Below are positions 36,415-47,300 of a stretch of DNA of 64,000 nt, one piece after another. Origin of the DNA: an uncultured delta proteobacterium (GTDB lineage Bacteria; Myxococcota_A; Polyangia; Polyangiales; Polyangiaceae); the NCBI GenBank assembly GCA_963806225.1, contig CAWDXG010000004.1, positions 4,416,001 to 4,480,000 on the forward strand. Direction: 5' to 3'. Positions within the stretch are counted from its first letter, which is position 1. The number at the start of each line of letters is the position of its first letter. The position numbers and the translations under genes are program-made. The notes beneath the pieces are model-generated. The model had not been told where the DNA came from and did not search any database. It was given only the letters and a program-made list of their open reading frames with translations.

Positions 36415-36770
36415 GGCGAGGGCGGAGCCGGGCCTGCCGGATCGCCGGTAGCGATGGTGTTGGTGGGCTGCTGGTTGCCCTGGGTGCAGTTGGGGCCGCC
36501 CTGCGCCTGCGACCCCTGTGCGGCGCCGGTCCCATTTCCGCACTGACCGGGAGGGGGCGGCGGCGCCGGCGGAGGCCCGAAGTCGTGCGGCGGACCGCCG
36601 TAGCAGGCCATCAGCGTCATCGCCATGGCGCCCCCGGTCGCGAGCTTCAGACACGCGCGCGCCGCACGCCCCAGCCGTTTCTTCGATGGCCGCGCGCCGC
36701 AGTGCGGACACTCACTGTGCGCAGCCGGAACGAAACCACCGCAACCCGGACAGATCGAAAGCGTGCTCAT
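36411..36770 (-). CDS. Small Zn-ribbon/lipobox protein with CYG motif, candidate rSAM substrate
   Basis: CPGC..CPHC, basic stretch, hydrophobic AMAMTLMAC-YGGPP, Pro/Gln/Gly-rich tail. Confidence 0.75.
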   Translation of the reverse strand: MSTLSICPGCGGFVPAAHSECPHCGARPSKKRLGRAARACLKLATGGAMAMTLMACYGGPPHDFGPPPAPPPPPGQCGNGTGAAQGSQAQGGPNCTQGNQQPTNTIATGDPAGPAPPSP

Positions 36771-37000
36771 CCCGAAGAAATGGATACGGTAGCGGTGCGC
36801 AGGGCGCAACTAGAACCCGCGTATCTCGACGAACCCGGCCAGCGCTCCGTGGGCGAAGTGGCGTTCCCCGCAGCGGCGCAGGAGGCGCGCTGAGCCGCGC
36901 GCGCAAGGGTGCGCGCGCTGAGCGCCCCTCGCGCTGTTGAACCGCGCGCGCTGCGGTGAGACCATGGGTGCGGTGGAATGATGGGTGAGGGGAGCATGCG

Positions 37001-38629
37001 ATGAGCTGGAGCCGGGCGCTGATCGTGACGGCGTGCTTCTTCTTGCTGGGTGGGTTCGCTGCCTGTGTGACGGTCAAGCCCAGCGCCACGATCAAGCTCG
37101 CGTGCCACGCCGGGACCACCAGCTGCGGCGGGAAGTGCGTCGACATCGGGACGAGCGGGGAGAACTGCGGCGCGTGCGGTACGAAGTGCTCGGCGGGCAA
37201 GGTGTGCGCGGCCGGCGTGTGCGTGGTGTCGTGTCCCGCCTCCACGACGCAGTGCGGCCTGGGGTGTGTCGACACCGATTGGGACAACAAGGATTGCGGG
37301 GCGTGCAACAACGCGTGTCCGTCGGGTCAGCTGTGCGCGAAGGGCGTGTGTGCCAAGTCGTGTCCGGCGCCACTGAAGGACTGCGACGGTCACTGCGTGG
37401 ATCTCGACTCGGACGACGCCAACTGCGGCGCCTGCCTCGCGGCGTGCAAGCCGGGAGACGCGTGCAACGGCGGCACCTGCTCGCTTGCCTGTCCGGCGGG
37501 CTCCACCAAGTGCGTCGACGGCTGCGTCGACCTCCAGACCGACAAGCAGCACTGCGGTGACTGCGGCACGGTCTGCGCACCGAACTTGAAGTGCGCGAAC
37601 GGCAAGTGCGTCAGCTCGTGTCCTTCCGACCTCCTGGCTTGCGACGGCTCCTGCGTCGATCCCCGGACCAACCCCCAGCACTGCGGCTCGTGCGGAAACG
37701 CCTGCGCCCTCACCGAGAAGTGCGCTAGCGGGAGCTGCCAGTGCAAGGATCTCTGCGGCACCGAGTGCGTCGACATCCAGAGCGATCCGCAGCATTGCGG
37801 GAGCTGCGACACCGCGTGCGAGTCCACGCAGGCCTGCGTCTACGGGGCGTGCAAGTGCAAGCCGGGCGTCACCCTGTGCGGGACCGACGTGTGTCCCGAT
37901 CTGCTGACGAATCCCGACAACTGCGGAACCTGTGGCGCCAAGTGTCCGAAGGGCGGCGAGTGCATCGACGGGAAGTGCGCCTGTCCTGCCGGCTTGACGG
38001 AGTGCGGAAACGCCTGCGTGAACCTGCTTACGAACGTGAACCACTGCGGCGAGTGCGGCGCGAAGTGCCAGTGGACGTACTCCGCGTCGCTGATCTGCGT
38101 CGACGGGAAATGCGCGTGCCCCGCAGGCCAGACGCACTGCGGCAACCAGTGTGTCTTCCTGGGGACGGACCCGAACAACTGCGGAGCCTGTGGCGCGACG
38201 TGTAACACGGGCGCGATCTGCAGCGGCGGAAGCTGCGTCTGTCCGTCGGGTTTCGACCAGTGCACATCGGGTTGCCGCGCTCTGGCTCTCGATCCCGCGA
38301 ACTGTGGCAGCTGTGGGCACAGCTGCGCCATGAACGAGACGTGCGTTTCAGGCGCGTGCACGTGTGCTCCGCCCCACAGCGACTGCAACGGCACCTGTAC
38401 CAACCTGGCCAATGATCCATCGAACTGCGGCGCGTGCGGCGTTGTCTGTCCGCCGTACGACCCCAAGGGTTCGACGCCCTACTGCCTGTCCGGGAAGTGT
38501 CAGTGCGGGGGGGGATACACGCTCTGTCCGGACGGCTGCGCGGACCTGCAGGCCGACCCCCAGCACTGCGGGGACTGCAGCACGGTCTGCGCGTCGGGCC
38601 AGCAGTGCACGAGCGGGAAGTGCGGCTAG
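37001..38629 (+). CDS. Cys-rich repeat lipoprotein (MXAN_6577/Stig1-like repeats)
   Basis: Signal/lipobox FAAC; about 13 copies of C(V)D(L)xxDxx(N/H)CGxCGxxC. Confidence 0.9.
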   Translation: MSWSRALIVTACFFLLGGFAACVTVKPSATIKLACHAGTTSCGGKCVDIGTSGENCGACGTKCSAGKVCAAGVCVVSCPASTTQCGLGCVDTDWDNKDCGACNNACPSGQLCAKGVCAKSCPAPLKDCDGHCVDLDSDDANCGACLAACKPGDACNGGTCSLACPAGSTKCVDGCVDLQTDKQHCGDCGTVCAPNLKCANGKCVSSCPSDLLACDGSCVDPRTNPQHCGSCGNACALTEKCASGSCQCKDLCGTECVDIQSDPQHCGSCDTACESTQACVYGACKCKPGVTLCGTDVCPDLLTNPDNCGTCGAKCPKGGECIDGKCACPAGLTECGNACVNLLTNVNHCGECGAKCQWTYSASLICVDGKCACPAGQTHCGNQCVFLGTDPNNCGACGATCNTGAICSGGSCVCPSGFDQCTSGCRALALDPANCGSCGHSCAMNETCVSGACTCAPPHSDCNGTCTNLANDPSNCGACGVVCPPYDPKGSTPYCLSGKCQCGGGYTLCPDGCADLQADPQHCGDCSTVCASGQQCTSGKCG

Positions 38630-38657
38630 CGACAGCGGTCGCCCCGAACCCCCGCCC

Positions 38658-40196
38658 TCACTCCGCCGGATGCTGCTCTTGCTCCCCCGGGCCGTGATGG
38701 GCGCGGATGCGGCGGCGCATGTCGCCCAGGGTCTGCGAGGCCGCTTCTCTACCTCCCAGTCCGAAGGCGATGGCGGCAGCCACGGCGACGGCGCCCAGGG
38801 TCAGGCCAAAGGCGAGCTCGATGATCTCGTTGGCGATGCCCATCTGCCGGAGCGCCATGGCGCCGGTCAGCGCGAGCACGGCGATGCGCCCCACCATGGC
38901 GAGCAGGTCCGCCTGCGCTACGCCGGTCTGGCGGATCGCCTTGGCTGCGAGGTTCGCGAGATACAAACCGAGCCCGAACACCATGAGCCCGAGCAGCACG
39001 CGCCCGGCGAGCGCCGCGACGCTCACGCCGAGAGCCGCGATGGCGGTCAGGCCGAGCAGTCGAGCAGCCTCCACGGCGCCGAAGTACACGACGGCAACCA
39101 CCGTCAACGACGCGGCGACGTCGGAGGGTGTCTGCTCTCCCTCGATGGGTTTGGAGAAGCCCATCTTCCCGAGGATGCGGTCGAAGCCCACGCCCCTGAG
39201 CACGCTGCGGACGACGCCCGCCAGGAGGCGTGCCGCCACGTAGGCCACGAGCAGGATCAGCGCTGCGCCGAAGATCACGGGGACCGCTCCGAAGAAGGTC
39301 CCAAGCATCCTGCTGGCCGGTGCGGAGATCGCTTCCAGGCGCAGTGCGTTGAGCGCGCCGATCGCCACCGGGATCAGGATCAACGCGTACACGACGATGC
39401 CGATGACGCCGGAGAGCCGCTGCTTGCCCATGACCTTGGAAAGCCCCGTGCGTTCGCTCAGCTTGTCCAGACCCACGGCCGACAGGACGTTGGTGGTCAG
39501 GTGCTGGAGGATGCGCGCCACGAACCAGCCCATCGCCAGGATCACGCCCGCGCTGACGATGTTGGGCACGAACGTCAGGGTCCGCCCCACCATCTGCTGC
39601 ACCGGAGCGAGCAGCCCCTCGAGCCTGAGCGCGCCGAGAAATGCCGGGGCGAAGAGCAGCAGAACGAGCCAGTAGACGATGCCCGCGACGGATCCGCCGA
39701 TCGGCTTGGCAACGGGGCTTTCGACGGGTTCGCCTTCAGGAGGCGGTGAGATCTCGCTCGTCACACGGCGGTCAACGTCGAAGCGCTTCATAGCGGCCGA
39801 CACCAGCCGGCGCGACAGGGAAGCGGCGAGCCAGGCCACGACCAGGATCGCGCCCGCGCCGATCAGGCGCGGAACGTACGCGAAGACGGAGTTCAGGAAT
39901 CCGCCGATGGGTTCGGTGGCCGCCGTGAGCTGGAGCGACTGGAAGAACAGCAGCAGGACGAAGACGAGGGCCACGTAGTAGACGACCTTGCCGACCCAAC
40001 GCGCCGTGTCGACGTGTTTCGCGCGTTCCTCGCTCAGCACCTTCTGCGCGATCCGGTCGTCGAGCTGCGTTCTTTGCAGAGCCGCTCTCACCAGCGCGCC
40101 GAGGAGAATGGCAAAGATCCAACCGACCACTAGTATCCCGACAGGAATGATCAGCTTGGGTAGACCTTCGATCGCGAACGCTCTGAGTTGTTCCAT
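38658..40196 (-). CDS. TM-helix-repeat (CmpX/MscS-TM1-like) membrane protein
   Basis: Repeated P.I..A..IL..GW..A / G.D units; AAAIAFGLGGREAA near the C-terminus. Confidence 0.85.
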   Translation of the reverse strand: MEQLRAFAIEGLPKLIIPVGILVVGWIFAILLGALVRAALQRTQLDDRIAQKVLSEERAKHVDTARWVGKVVYYVALVFVLLLFFQSLQLTAATEPIGGFLNSVFAYVPRLIGAGAILVVAWLAASLSRRLVSAAMKRFDVDRRVTSEISPPPEGEPVESPVAKPIGGSVAGIVYWLVLLLFAPAFLGALRLEGLLAPVQQMVGRTLTFVPNIVSAGVILAMGWFVARILQHLTTNVLSAVGLDKLSERTGLSKVMGKQRLSGVIGIVVYALILIPVAIGALNALRLEAISAPASRMLGTFFGAVPVIFGAALILLVAYVAARLLAGVVRSVLRGVGFDRILGKMGFSKPIEGEQTPSDVAASLTVVAVVYFGAVEAARLLGLTAIAALGVSVAALAGRVLLGLMVFGLGLYLANLAAKAIRQTGVAQADLLAMVGRIAVLALTGAMALRQMGIANEIIELAFGLTLGAVAVAAAIAFGLGGREAASQTLGDMRRRIRAHHGPGEQEQHPAE

Positions 40197-40222
40197 GGAC
40201 CCCCCCTCGTCCCGGCGTGTGT

Positions 40223-40238
40223 TGCATTTCTCGTGCCC
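40223..40238 (-). promoter_or_regulatory. Sigma54-type promoter
   Basis: GGGCACGAGAAATGCA (GG-N10-GC) followed by a GAGGGG RBS and ATG at 40196. Confidence 0.55.
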
Positions 40239-40316
40239 GCAAGCCGCCAGGTGCTGCGATGCAAAGCAGACGCGATCTGCGAATCGCGAGGTGTCGCGTC
40301 AGTCGGTGCGGTATCG

Positions 40317-43300
40317 CTAGCGAGTCGAAAAACGACCGCAGCTGATGGTTCCGCGACTATCGAAGATGCAGACGCGGTTGTCGACGAGGCGCACCTTGCT
40401 GGCTTTGCGCAGCGTGTCGATCGCGGTGGGCGCCACCAGGTGCACTTCGCTCTGGCCGTAGCCGGCAAGCCGCCCCCAGCACAGCACCTCGCCCTTCTTG
40501 TTCACCGCGCAGGTCGCTCTGCCGGCAGCCGAGATCGACTGCACGTTGGCAAGCCCGCGCACCGGCCCGGGTCGGTCTGCCTGCAAGCCGGTGCCATTGC
40601 CGAGCTGGTCTGCGGCGTTGTCGCCCCAGCAGAGCACGGTGCCCGTGCGGCGGAGCGCGCAGCTGTGGTCGTCGCCGACGGCGATCGCCTCGGCGTCGCT
40701 GATCCCGGGCACTGCTGCGGGCGTGCTGCTGCTGCGACCGGTACCGAGCTGCCCTCTGGAGTTGTCACCCCAGCACAGCACGTGGCCGCTCGTTGCGAGC
40801 GCGCAGGCATGGTGGATGCCGAGCCCGATGTCGAGGATGCGTCCGGTCACCGCCAGCGGCGCGGGCGCCTGGTGCCGGATCGTGCTGCCGAGCGAGCCCC
40901 AGCAGGTGGCGCCGCCCCGGGAGTCGAGGGCGCAGCCGTACACCAGCCCGAGCCTGACGCGCACCGCATCGGTCACGCCCGGTACGGGCAGGAGCGATGT
41001 GCCGTGCTGCGATGCCCGACGCTTGAGGGGAAGGCCCATCAGCGTCCGCGAGCCCAGTCCCCAGCACAGCACCTTGTGCGCGGACGTGACCCCGCAGCTC
41101 GTGCCATGCGCGCGGTCGATCGACAGCAGCCTGGGCAGCTTCGGTAGCGTCTCGCCCGCGGACTGCAGCACCCCGCCCGACAGGAACGCGACGTGCTCGA
41201 CGCTCCGACCTTCCGTGAGGTCGGCGAGCGAATGGGCGCCAAGCGATATCTCGACCTCCGGCTTCAGTGGTCCGGGCCGCGGCGCCTTGGTCGTGTCCCA
41301 CACGAGCACGCTGGTGTCGCGCCCCGCCGAGGCGAGCCAGCGTCCGTCGGGAGAGAACGCCAGCGCTTCCACGTCCGCGGAGTGTCCACGGAACACGCCG
41401 CGCAGCTTGCGCGTCCCGAGCTCCCACAGCTGCACGTCGGTGCCGGCGGCGGTCGCCAGCAGCTTGCCGTCCGGCGAGACCGCGATCGCGCTGCAGCAGC
41501 CGCCGAGCGCAAAACGCCGCGTCGCCCGCCGCGCCTTGATGTCCCACGTCACCGCACCATTCGACTTGCCGGCCGCCACCAGCGTATCCGCCCCGGCGAA
41601 GCGGAGCGCCGCCGAGTAGCGTTCGAGGCCCGGCAGGACCACGGCCCGCTGCAGCGTGGCGACGTTGCGCAGCTCGGCTCGCTCGGTCCGGTGACCGCGA
41701 TCGTAGCGATAGCTGTGCACGGCCACGTGCTCGCCGTCGGGGGACGCCGCCAGTGCAGTCACGTTCCCGGCAGCTGTGGAAGCGAGAAGCTCTCCATCCG
41801 CAGCAAGGTGGAAGAGCGTGCGATTGCCCGGGAGTCGTCGTCGTTTCCCGGACCTGGCGTACCCGGAGTAGCCCTTGTGGGTGGCGGCGAGCAGCGTCCC
41901 GTCCGGAGCGAACGCCAACGCGGTCGCGCGACGCGAGCTGTCGATGCGGACGAGTTTCTTCTGCGCTGTCGAGACTATCTTGACGTCGCTTGTCCCGATC
42001 GCCAGCTGCTTTCCGCTGTGCGAAGCCGCCAGCTGCACGCCCGAGCCGAGGTGCAACCTGTCCTCCGCGTTCGAGCCAAGCGGCGTCCCCGTGCGCGGAT
42101 CCCACAGCCGGAGTAGATTGCCCGCGGACGCGAGCAGCCGCCCGCCGTCCAGGAAGGCGAGAGCCGTCACGGGCGAGAGGTGACCGGAGGGCACGTCGTA
42201 GTGCTTGCCGTGCACGATTGCCGCTCGAGCCTTCATGCTGAGCAGCAACCGCCCGTCCGGCGAGAACGCCTGGGGTCGCCCGCTCCGCTGCAGCTCCTCG
42301 ACCCTGCCGCTCGCCAGGTCGAGTACGAAGACGCGCGCGCCGTACGTGTACGCCAGACGGCTGTCGTCCGGGGCCGGCAGGAGCCGTGCCGCGGTCCACC
42401 CGAGCGACAGTGCGAAGCCGGGTGTCTTGGCCGTGTCGAGGCGGACAAGCTGTCTCGATGAGCCGTGAGCGATATCGATTGCGTCCAGGCTATTCTGGTT
42501 GATGCAAAAGAGCCGGCTGCCGTCGTACGACAGCGCGACGTCCACGAAGTCGAAGGGCTTCTTCTTCGTGCCGAGCTTGCGGAGCCTGCGCCCGCTCTTC
42601 AGATCGATGATCTCGAGCGTGCCGCGGGACCGCCTGCTGCCGAGTATCCCCAGGAGCCCGTGACCCTTCGGTAGCTTGCGCGCGGCGACGCGCGAACCGT
42701 TGCCGCTGTATGCTTCGACGAGGTAGCCGGCGAGCTTCCGCTTGAACAGGAGACGCGGGCCGTCGAGGGAGACGCTGAACACCGTTTCGTCTGCGACGGC
42801 CCAGGCGCGCTTGCCGCGCAGGCCGACGTGAAGCCGGCCGAGCCGAACCGGATACAACACCTTGCGCTTGCCGATCGAGCTCCTGCGCTTCGGGAGAGTG
42901 ATGTCGACGCGCCCCAGCTCCTTTCCCTCTGCGCTCGACACGACGATCGCGTCGTGTCCCTTCTTCTTCCCCTGCACGATCGCCACCAGCCGGGTGCCGT
43001 CGGTCGACAGCCGGGCCGCGCGCACGCCCGACAGCCGGCGGACGACCGAGCCTCTCTCGACGTCGCGCAGCAATAGATCGTTGCGGACGCTCTCCAGCGA
43101 GCGGATGTGGCCGCTGTTGTCGATGGCAGAGTCGCGAGGAGTCGTGAGGAACCGCATGCGTGTGGTGCCGCAGCGCGAGCGTGCGCCGGGCGGCAACGGC
43201 GCTAGCGGATCGACGAGCGGCGGAGGAGCCGGCTCGGCGGATGCAGCGGCGGACGCCACGGGTAGAGCCGCCGACGCCGATGTCGATGGCGATGCCGACG

Positions 43301-43400
43301 CTGGAGCGGGCCGAGCGGGCGGTGGCGGACGAGGGGGCGCGGCCGCTGGCCCGGCACACGCCGAGAGCACACACACCACCACCGCCAGCCACCGGCGCAT
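40317..43400 (-). CDS. Lipoprotein with WD40 repeats and C-terminal RCC1-like repeats
   Basis: Lipobox VLSAC; GH..V.ALAFSPDG..LASAG.D..V..WD; HACAL...G.V.CWGDN..GQLG.G. Confidence 0.88.
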   Translation of the reverse strand: MRRWLAVVVCVLSACAGPAAAPPRPPPPARPAPASASPSTSASAALPVASAAASAEPAPPPLVDPLAPLPPGARSRCGTTRMRFLTTPRDSAIDNSGHIRSLESVRNDLLLRDVERGSVVRRLSGVRAARLSTDGTRLVAIVQGKKKGHDAIVVSSAEGKELGRVDITLPKRRSSIGKRKVLYPVRLGRLHVGLRGKRAWAVADETVFSVSLDGPRLLFKRKLAGYLVEAYSGNGSRVAARKLPKGHGLLGILGSRRSRGTLEIIDLKSGRRLRKLGTKKKPFDFVDVALSYDGSRLFCINQNSLDAIDIAHGSSRQLVRLDTAKTPGFALSLGWTAARLLPAPDDSRLAYTYGARVFVLDLASGRVEELQRSGRPQAFSPDGRLLLSMKARAAIVHGKHYDVPSGHLSPVTALAFLDGGRLLASAGNLLRLWDPRTGTPLGSNAEDRLHLGSGVQLAASHSGKQLAIGTSDVKIVSTAQKKLVRIDSSRRATALAFAPDGTLLAATHKGYSGYARSGKRRRLPGNRTLFHLAADGELLASTAAGNVTALAASPDGEHVAVHSYRYDRGHRTERAELRNVATLQRAVVLPGLERYSAALRFAGADTLVAAGKSNGAVTWDIKARRATRRFALGGCCSAIAVSPDGKLLATAAGTDVQLWELGTRKLRGVFRGHSADVEALAFSPDGRWLASAGRDTSVLVWDTTKAPRPGPLKPEVEISLGAHSLADLTEGRSVEHVAFLSGGVLQSAGETLPKLPRLLSIDRAHGTSCGVTSAHKVLCWGLGSRTLMGLPLKRRASQHGTSLLPVPGVTDAVRVRLGLVYGCALDSRGGATCWGSLGSTIRHQAPAPLAVTGRILDIGLGIHHACALATSGHVLCWGDNSRGQLGTGRSSSTPAAVPGISDAEAIAVGDDHSCALRRTGTVLCWGDNAADQLGNGTGLQADRPGPVRGLANVQSISAAGRATCAVNKKGEVLCWGRLAGYGQSEVHLVAPTAIDTLRKASKVRLVDNRVCIFDSRGTISCGRFSTR

Positions 43401-43491
43401 GGGTCGGAACTTGCCCGGCGCGCGCACGCTGTCAACCGGTGCGGTGGCGGGCGTCACACTGATCAGCTAGCGTGACCGCCCCGGAGGAGTT

Positions 43492-44332
43492 GTGCGGCGA
43501 TTCTATCTCGTGTCTGCTGGGTGTGTGCGGCGTCGTCGCGGGCTGTGCTGCCAACCCGCCGCCGCCGCCGGAGAGCCCGGTGGTCGAGGTGCCGCAAGCC
43601 AAGGCGGAGAGCGGCGGTGACGAAGCCCCGGACGCGACGGGAGGGCAGAAGCACGCAGCGACGCAGCCGCCAGAGCGCGCTCCAGCGCCGAAGCGGAGCC
43701 CGCCGCGTGCCGACAAGCCGCCCGCCCCGCGTGCTCCGGAGCCGCGGGCGGTGGTGGCCCGGCGTGTGCTGGCCGAGCTGCACCAGGCCCAGCTCGACGA
43801 CGAGCGGGAGCAGGCCGAGCGCCGCAAGAAGCTCGAGAAGGCGCTCTCGAACAGCCGGATCCTCGGACAGCTGCAAGGGTCCGCGTCCGGTGCTGCCGTC
43901 TACCGCGGCGGCGGGTTCGGGGGGCTCGGAACCAGGGGCGGCGTTGGTGTCGGCGTCGTGGGGCACGGTAGCGGGCGCGCCGGGGGCGGAGGCGTCGTCG
44001 GCGGGATGCTCGGCAAGCTCACCGCGAACCGTAGCCAGACATTGACGTTGTTCAGCGGGCCGCTCTCGCGCACCCGGGTGCGCTTGGCACTGCGCTACAG
44101 CTACGCCGTCGAGCTCTGCCAGCGCACGGGCAACGCCTGGGCCACGGTCGAGCTCGTCATCGACAAGGGTGCCGTGACCCGCTCGCGCGTCATCGCGAGC
44201 TCACCGAAGAGCAGCACGTTCCAGAAGTGCGTCCGCGTTCACCTCGGCCGCTTGCACTTCAACTCCAGGCCCAAGCGCACCGTCGTGCGCGCCACACTGC
44301 ACGTCACGCGTCCGTCGTGGCGCAGGCCGTAG
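43492..44332 (+). CDS. Lipoprotein with Pro-rich linker, Gly-rich patch and AgmX/PglI (TonB-C-like) C-terminal region; possible 5' frameshift
   Basis: GGAGGA RBS then GTG MRRFYL, which joins CLLGVCGVVAGC in another frame; C-terminal C..V.L.I..G.V...CV...L.F pattern. Confidence 0.55.
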
Positions 44333-44333
44333 G

Positions 44334-47300
44334 CTAGCCGACGACCCCCCGCACCGCCTCGAACACCGCCTTCACATTCCCGAGCGCTTCCCAGCCGGAA
44401 ATCCCCAGCGCGTCGTCGACGTACTCCGGCTGGCGCATGCCGACGAGCACCGTGGTCACGCCTGGCACGCTTGTCAGCGACCAGAGCGCCTTGCGTGACA
44501 GCGTCTCGCCGCGTTGTTGCTCCGGCAGCAGCGGATCGATCGCGTGGACGATGCGGGCGGTGCGGGCCCGGCTCTTCTCCGCGGCTTTCCCGCGCAAGGC
44601 GCCGAGGAGCTTGTCGAGCTCGGGCAGGTAGCGCACGCGAAAATCGCGGAACTGCTCGGCTAGCTCGCCCTTGAGCGCCTGGTCGAGCATCGAAAGCGCG
44701 TGGCCGACGCGCGGGGCGATCACCTGCCGCTCGATGTCGCGCCACTGTTCCAGGCTCTCGATGCGGGCGGGGAGCTTGGCGAGCTGATCGCCCCAGTTGA
44801 ACAGGCTCGACGCGGGGGCGCTGCCCTTGGCGGTCTGCAGATGCGGGGCGATGTTGCGGCGGAATTCCTGCTCCAGGCTCTGCACGCGCGACAGCTGCGC
44901 GTCGAAAGGCGGCGCGCCCTCGATGCCCGGCGCATCCGCGAGGCGCAGGAGGCCGTCGCCGACGATGGCATTGAGCGGGCGGTTGACGAGCACGGCGATG
45001 CCCGCGTCGCGGGCGAGCTCCAGCACGGTCTTGTCGTCGTTGTTCTGTTCGAACAGCGCGCCGCTTTCCACCAGGTTCATGGGCAGTTGCAGCACGCGGA
45101 AGTGGTGCTGCTCTCCGCCGGCCGCGCGGGCCGCGGCGAGCATGCGCGAGAGCGAGGTAGCTTCGCGATCGTCGGCCGGGCGCGTGCAGGTGTTGCTGGA
45201 AACGCCAAAGAAGCGGATGCGGCCGCGCTCCACTTCCTTCTCGAAATGCGCGAACGCCTGTTCCAGTCGCCGGTAGAACTCGTCGCGGATCTTCGACAGC
45301 GGTCCCTCGCCGCGACGCACGGCGTCGGCGAGGAAGTACTCCGGGTTGTGCACCAGGCACACGTCGAGCGTTTCCAGCCCCAGCCGGCCGAGCGAGCGGT
45401 CGAGCTGATCGCCGAGCCATTCGGGGTGCATGCAGTGCCAGATGTCGTCGCCGACCTCGACCATCCCGGCGTACGGCTTGTTGTCGGTCCGGCGCTGCCG
45501 CGCGATGTCGAGGTTTTCGCCCTGCACGTAGCCGATCTTGGAAACCACGACGACCTCGCTGCGCGACAGTTCGCCTTTGGCGACCAGCTCGGCGAGCACC
45601 TCGCCGACAAGCCGTTCGCTGCGGCCGTCGGTGTAGTTGGTGGAGGTGTCCACGAGGTTCGCGCCGGCGCCGAACGCCTTGACCAGGGCGGCGCGGTGTT
45701 CGGGCGCGCCGTCGTCGACGCGGTAGCCGCCGAAGCCGAGGCGGCCGACGGACAGCTCCCCGAGTTTTTCAAACGCGGCTCCAGCGTGCCGCGCGGCGTA
45801 CGCCGCGGTGCCCTCTGCCGTCGCGCGTCCGGCGAGGCGCTCCCGCCCGATCTCGCTGCCGCGCTCGGCATCCGCGCGGCGGCTGCCCTCGGCGAGCGCC
45901 TCGCCGACGGCCGCGGGATCGGTGACGGGCGCCTTGCAGGTGAAGTTGCGGCACACGTAGAGCGCCGCCTTGCCGCCGACTGGTTCCTTGCCTTCACAGA
46001 GCGGCAGTCCCTTCGCGTCCTCCGCCGATGCAACGTGCCCCACGATCCGGTTCGGCAGGTAGTGCCGGCCGACCGCGGCGGCGAGCGCGTCGTAGTCGTC
46101 GCTTCCGGGAGTGCCGGCAAGCACCAGCTCCAGCGGACCTTCCAGCAGGAAGTCGACCACCGCCAGCGAAGTTGCGAAGGCCCTCGGAGCACGCTCGATG
46201 AGCCGACCGTAGGCCTGGATCGCGTCGGACGCGCGACTGCGGAAGTCCTCGCGGTCGAAGTGATGCGACAGACGCGCCAGCGCGCGCGCCGCCACGGCGT
46301 TGGCGCTCGGGATGGCGCCGTCGTTGCCTTCGCGCGTGCGCACGATGAGCTCTTCGTGTCCGTGCGCGGTGTGGAAGAACGCGCCCCCCGCGTCGTCGCC
46401 GAAGTCGGCGAGCAGTCGCTCCGCCAGCGCTTGGGCCTCCTGAAGGAAGCGCGCCGGCGCGCCGGCCTCGTACAGGCTGATCAGCGCATCGGCGAGGAAG
46501 GCGTAGTCCTCCAGGTACGCGTCGAGGTGAGCCCGCCCCTTGCGGGCTGTGCGGAACAGCCCGCCATCTGCGCGTCGCATCGAATCGAGGATGTAGCGCG
46601 CGGCACGCACGCCGGCGTCGAGATAGCGCCGCTCGCCGAGCACGCGCGCGCCCTCGGCCATGCTGGCTATCATCAGGCCGTTCCAGCTCGTGAGGATCTT
46701 GTCGTCGAGCAGCGGGTGGACGCGCTTCTCGCGCGCGGCGTAGAGCTTTTCGCGCGAGCGCGTCAGCGCGTCGGCGAGCGCGTCCTCACCGACGCCCAGG
46801 TCCTTCGCCACGTCCGCCAGGGTGCGCGGCGTGTGGGCGATGCTCTTGCCCTCCCAGTTGCCGCCCTTCGTGATGTCGTAGAAGGCGCACACGAGCCGCG
46901 CGTCGTCCGCGCCGAGCACCGCTTCCACCTCGTCGGGCTGCCAGACGAAGAACTTCCCCTCCTCGCCCTCGCTATCGGCATCGGTGGCGCTGTAGAACCC
47001 CCCTTCTGGTGCCTGCATTTCGCAGAGGACATAGTCGAGCGTCTCGGTGGCGATGCGCCGGTACTCGGCGTTGCCAGTGACCTGGAAGGCCTCGAGGTAC
47101 ACGCTGGCGAGCTGGGCGTTGTCGTACAGCATCTTCTCGAAATGCGGCACGAGCCAGCGCTCGTCGGTGGAGTAGCGCGCGAACCCTCCGCCGACGTGGT
47201 CGTACATCCCACCATTCTTCATGCCGTCGAGCGTGGTGGTGACCATGCTCAGCGCGCGCGGATCGCCGGTGCGGCGATGCTGGCGGAGCAGCAGCGACAG

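Noticed and set aside
37001..38629. Cys-rich protein as a multiheme cytochrome or the rSAM substrate
   Set aside because: Only one incidental CxxCxH-like stretch and no CxxCH series. It matches common myxobacterial disulfide repeats and is divergently transcribed from the rSAM.
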